Below, piece after piece: positions 62,834 to 64,000 of a DNA stretch of 64,000 nt (positions within the stretch are counted from its first letter, which is position 1; every line of letters begins with the position of its first letter). The position numbers and the translations under genes are program-made. The DNA lies in contig NZ_BAABFP010000002.1 in the NCBI RefSeq assembly GCF_039541115.1, forward strand, positions 496,001 to 560,000, in the 5' to 3' direction. This stretch comes from Angustibacter luteus. GTDB lineage: Bacteria > Actinomycetota > Actinomycetes > Actinomycetales > Angustibacteraceae. The notes beneath the pieces are model-generated. The model saw only the letters and a program-made list of their open reading frames with translations. It searched no databases and was not told the DNA's origin.

Positions 62834-64000
62834 GTCGGCAGGCTCGGGTCGACCTGGTCGACCCACGCGAGCACGCCGCCCTCGAGGTGACGGGCGTCCG
62901 GGTGCCCCGCGGCCAGCAACAGCTCGAGCGCCGTAGCCGACCGCACGCCGGACCGGCAGTGCAGCACCACCGGACGGTCGAACGGCAGCTCCGCGAACGC
63001 CTCACCGGTGTCGAACGCCGCCCGGGGCACCGCGATCGCACCGGGGATCGACACGATGGCGCGCTCCCCCGGCTCCCGGACGTCGACCAGGACGACGTCG
63101 CTGTCGCCGCGGTCGCGCGCGGCCAGCAGGTCGGCCAGCTCCTGGGCGTCGACCGTGCCCAGCTCCTGACCCGGCGCCGAGGTCACCGCCCCGGGCAGCC
63201 CGCAGAACTCCTCGTAGTCGATGAGGCCGGTCTCGCGGGTGATGCTCGGCGCGTCCCCGCAGACCACGCACTCCGGGTCCGGCCGGACGGCGAGCTCGCG
63301 CCACGTCGCCCGCAGCGCGTCGTGCACCAGCAGCCGGCCGACGAGCGGCACCCCGATGCCGGTGACCAGCTTGACCACCTCGGTGCCCTGGGCCGCGCCG
63401 ATCGCCGCACAGAGCAGCCCGAGGACGCCGCCCTCAGCGCAGGACGGCACGCTGCCCGCCGGCGGAGGGACCGGGAACAAGCACCGGTAGCAGGGCCCGT
63501 GGCCACCCCAGAAGACGCTGGTCTGCCCGTCGAAGCGGTAGATCGACCCCCACACGCACGGGACGCCGAGCAGCACGCACGCGTCGTTGACCAGGTAGCG
63601 GGTGGCGAAGTTGTCCGTGCCGTCGACGACCAGGTCGTAGCCGGCGAGCACGCCGAGCGCGTTGGACGAGTCCAGCCGCACCGGGTGCGTCACGACCTCG
63701 ACGAGCGGGTTCACCTCGTCGAGGGTGGCCCGCGCCGAGTCGACCTTGAGCCGCCCCACGTCGCTGACGCCGTGCACGACCTGACGCTGCAGGTTGGAGG
63801 CCTCGACGACGTCCGGGTCCACCACGCCGATCGTCCCGATCCCGGCGGCGGCCAGGTAGAGCAGCGCCGGGGAGCCCAGCCCGCCCGCGCCGATCACCGC
63901 GACCCGGGCATTCGCCAGCCGACGCTGACCCAGCTCCCCGACGTCCGGGATCAGCAGGTGCCGCGCGTAGCGCGCGACCTGGTCGCGGTCCAGCGGGGGT
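62827..64000 (-). CDS. moeB: MoeB/MoeZ adenylyltransferase-rhodanese (5' end off window)
   Basis: RYARH, GAGGLGSP, SNLQRQ, DGTDNF..RY, PCYRC, PSCAEGG, rhodanese HCRSGVRS. Confidence 0.95.
   Translation of the reverse strand, partial: PPLDRDQVARYARHLLIPDVGELGQRRLANARVAVIGAGGLGSPALLYLAAAGIGTIGVVDPDVVEASNLQRQVVHGVSDVGRLKVDSARATLDEVNPLVEVVTHPVRLDSSNALGVLAGYDLVVDGTDNFATRYLVNDACVLLGVPCVWGSIYRFDGQTSVFWGGHGPCYRCLFPVPPPAGSVPSCAEGGVLGLLCAAIGAAQGTEVVKLVTGIGVPLVGRLLVHDALRATWRELAVRPDPECVVCGDAPSITRETGLIDYEEFCGLPGAVTSAPGQELGTVDAQELADLLAARDRGDSDVVLVDVREPGERAIVSIPGAIAVPRAAFDTGEAFAELPFDRPVVLHCRSGVRSATALELLLAAGHPDARHLEGGVLAWVDQVDPSLPTY

Overview
High-GC actinobacterial chromosomal window in two parts. Left (1-~29.8 kb) is a mosaic accessory region ending at the 3' end of an initiator tRNA-Met. 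It holds an IclR-linked catabolic cluster (ABC binding lipoprotein, ThDP enzyme, aldehyde dehydrogenase, family III CoA-transferase, citryl-CoA-lyase-like protein, divergent type II dehydroquinase, flavoprotein, QuiC, shikimate/quinate dehydrogenase). It also holds a secreted ThuA protein divergent from a Tat-exported PQQ dehydrogenase-cupredoxin fusion, two NarL-type two-component modules (with a CPBP protease and an MMPL transporter), a 1198-aa Ig-repeat surface protein and ppsA/ppsR. Right (~30-64 kb) is the conserved actinobacterial block: UPF0182, PPA1309, PDZ/Lon protease, moaE, epimerase, zincin, NUDIX, M48/YgjP, DUF5679, ThiF-like protein, ABC1 kinase, whiB7, uvrD2, mycoredoxin, nudC, adnAB, ATL, moeB. 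The best candidates for undescribed biology are: (i) phased DnaA-box-like repeats, a promoter and a ~270-nt highly structured RNA upstream of a 52-aa zinc-ribbon gene next to a ThiF/RRE protein and kinase; (ii) a circularly permuted alkaline-phosphatase-superfamily enzyme; (iii) the hybrid quinate/CoA catabolic cluster; (iv) the PQQ enzyme with altered metal ligands. A complete whiB7 uORF/terminator attenuator is also visible. All calls come from reading motifs by eye; no database searches were run and start codons are best estimates.
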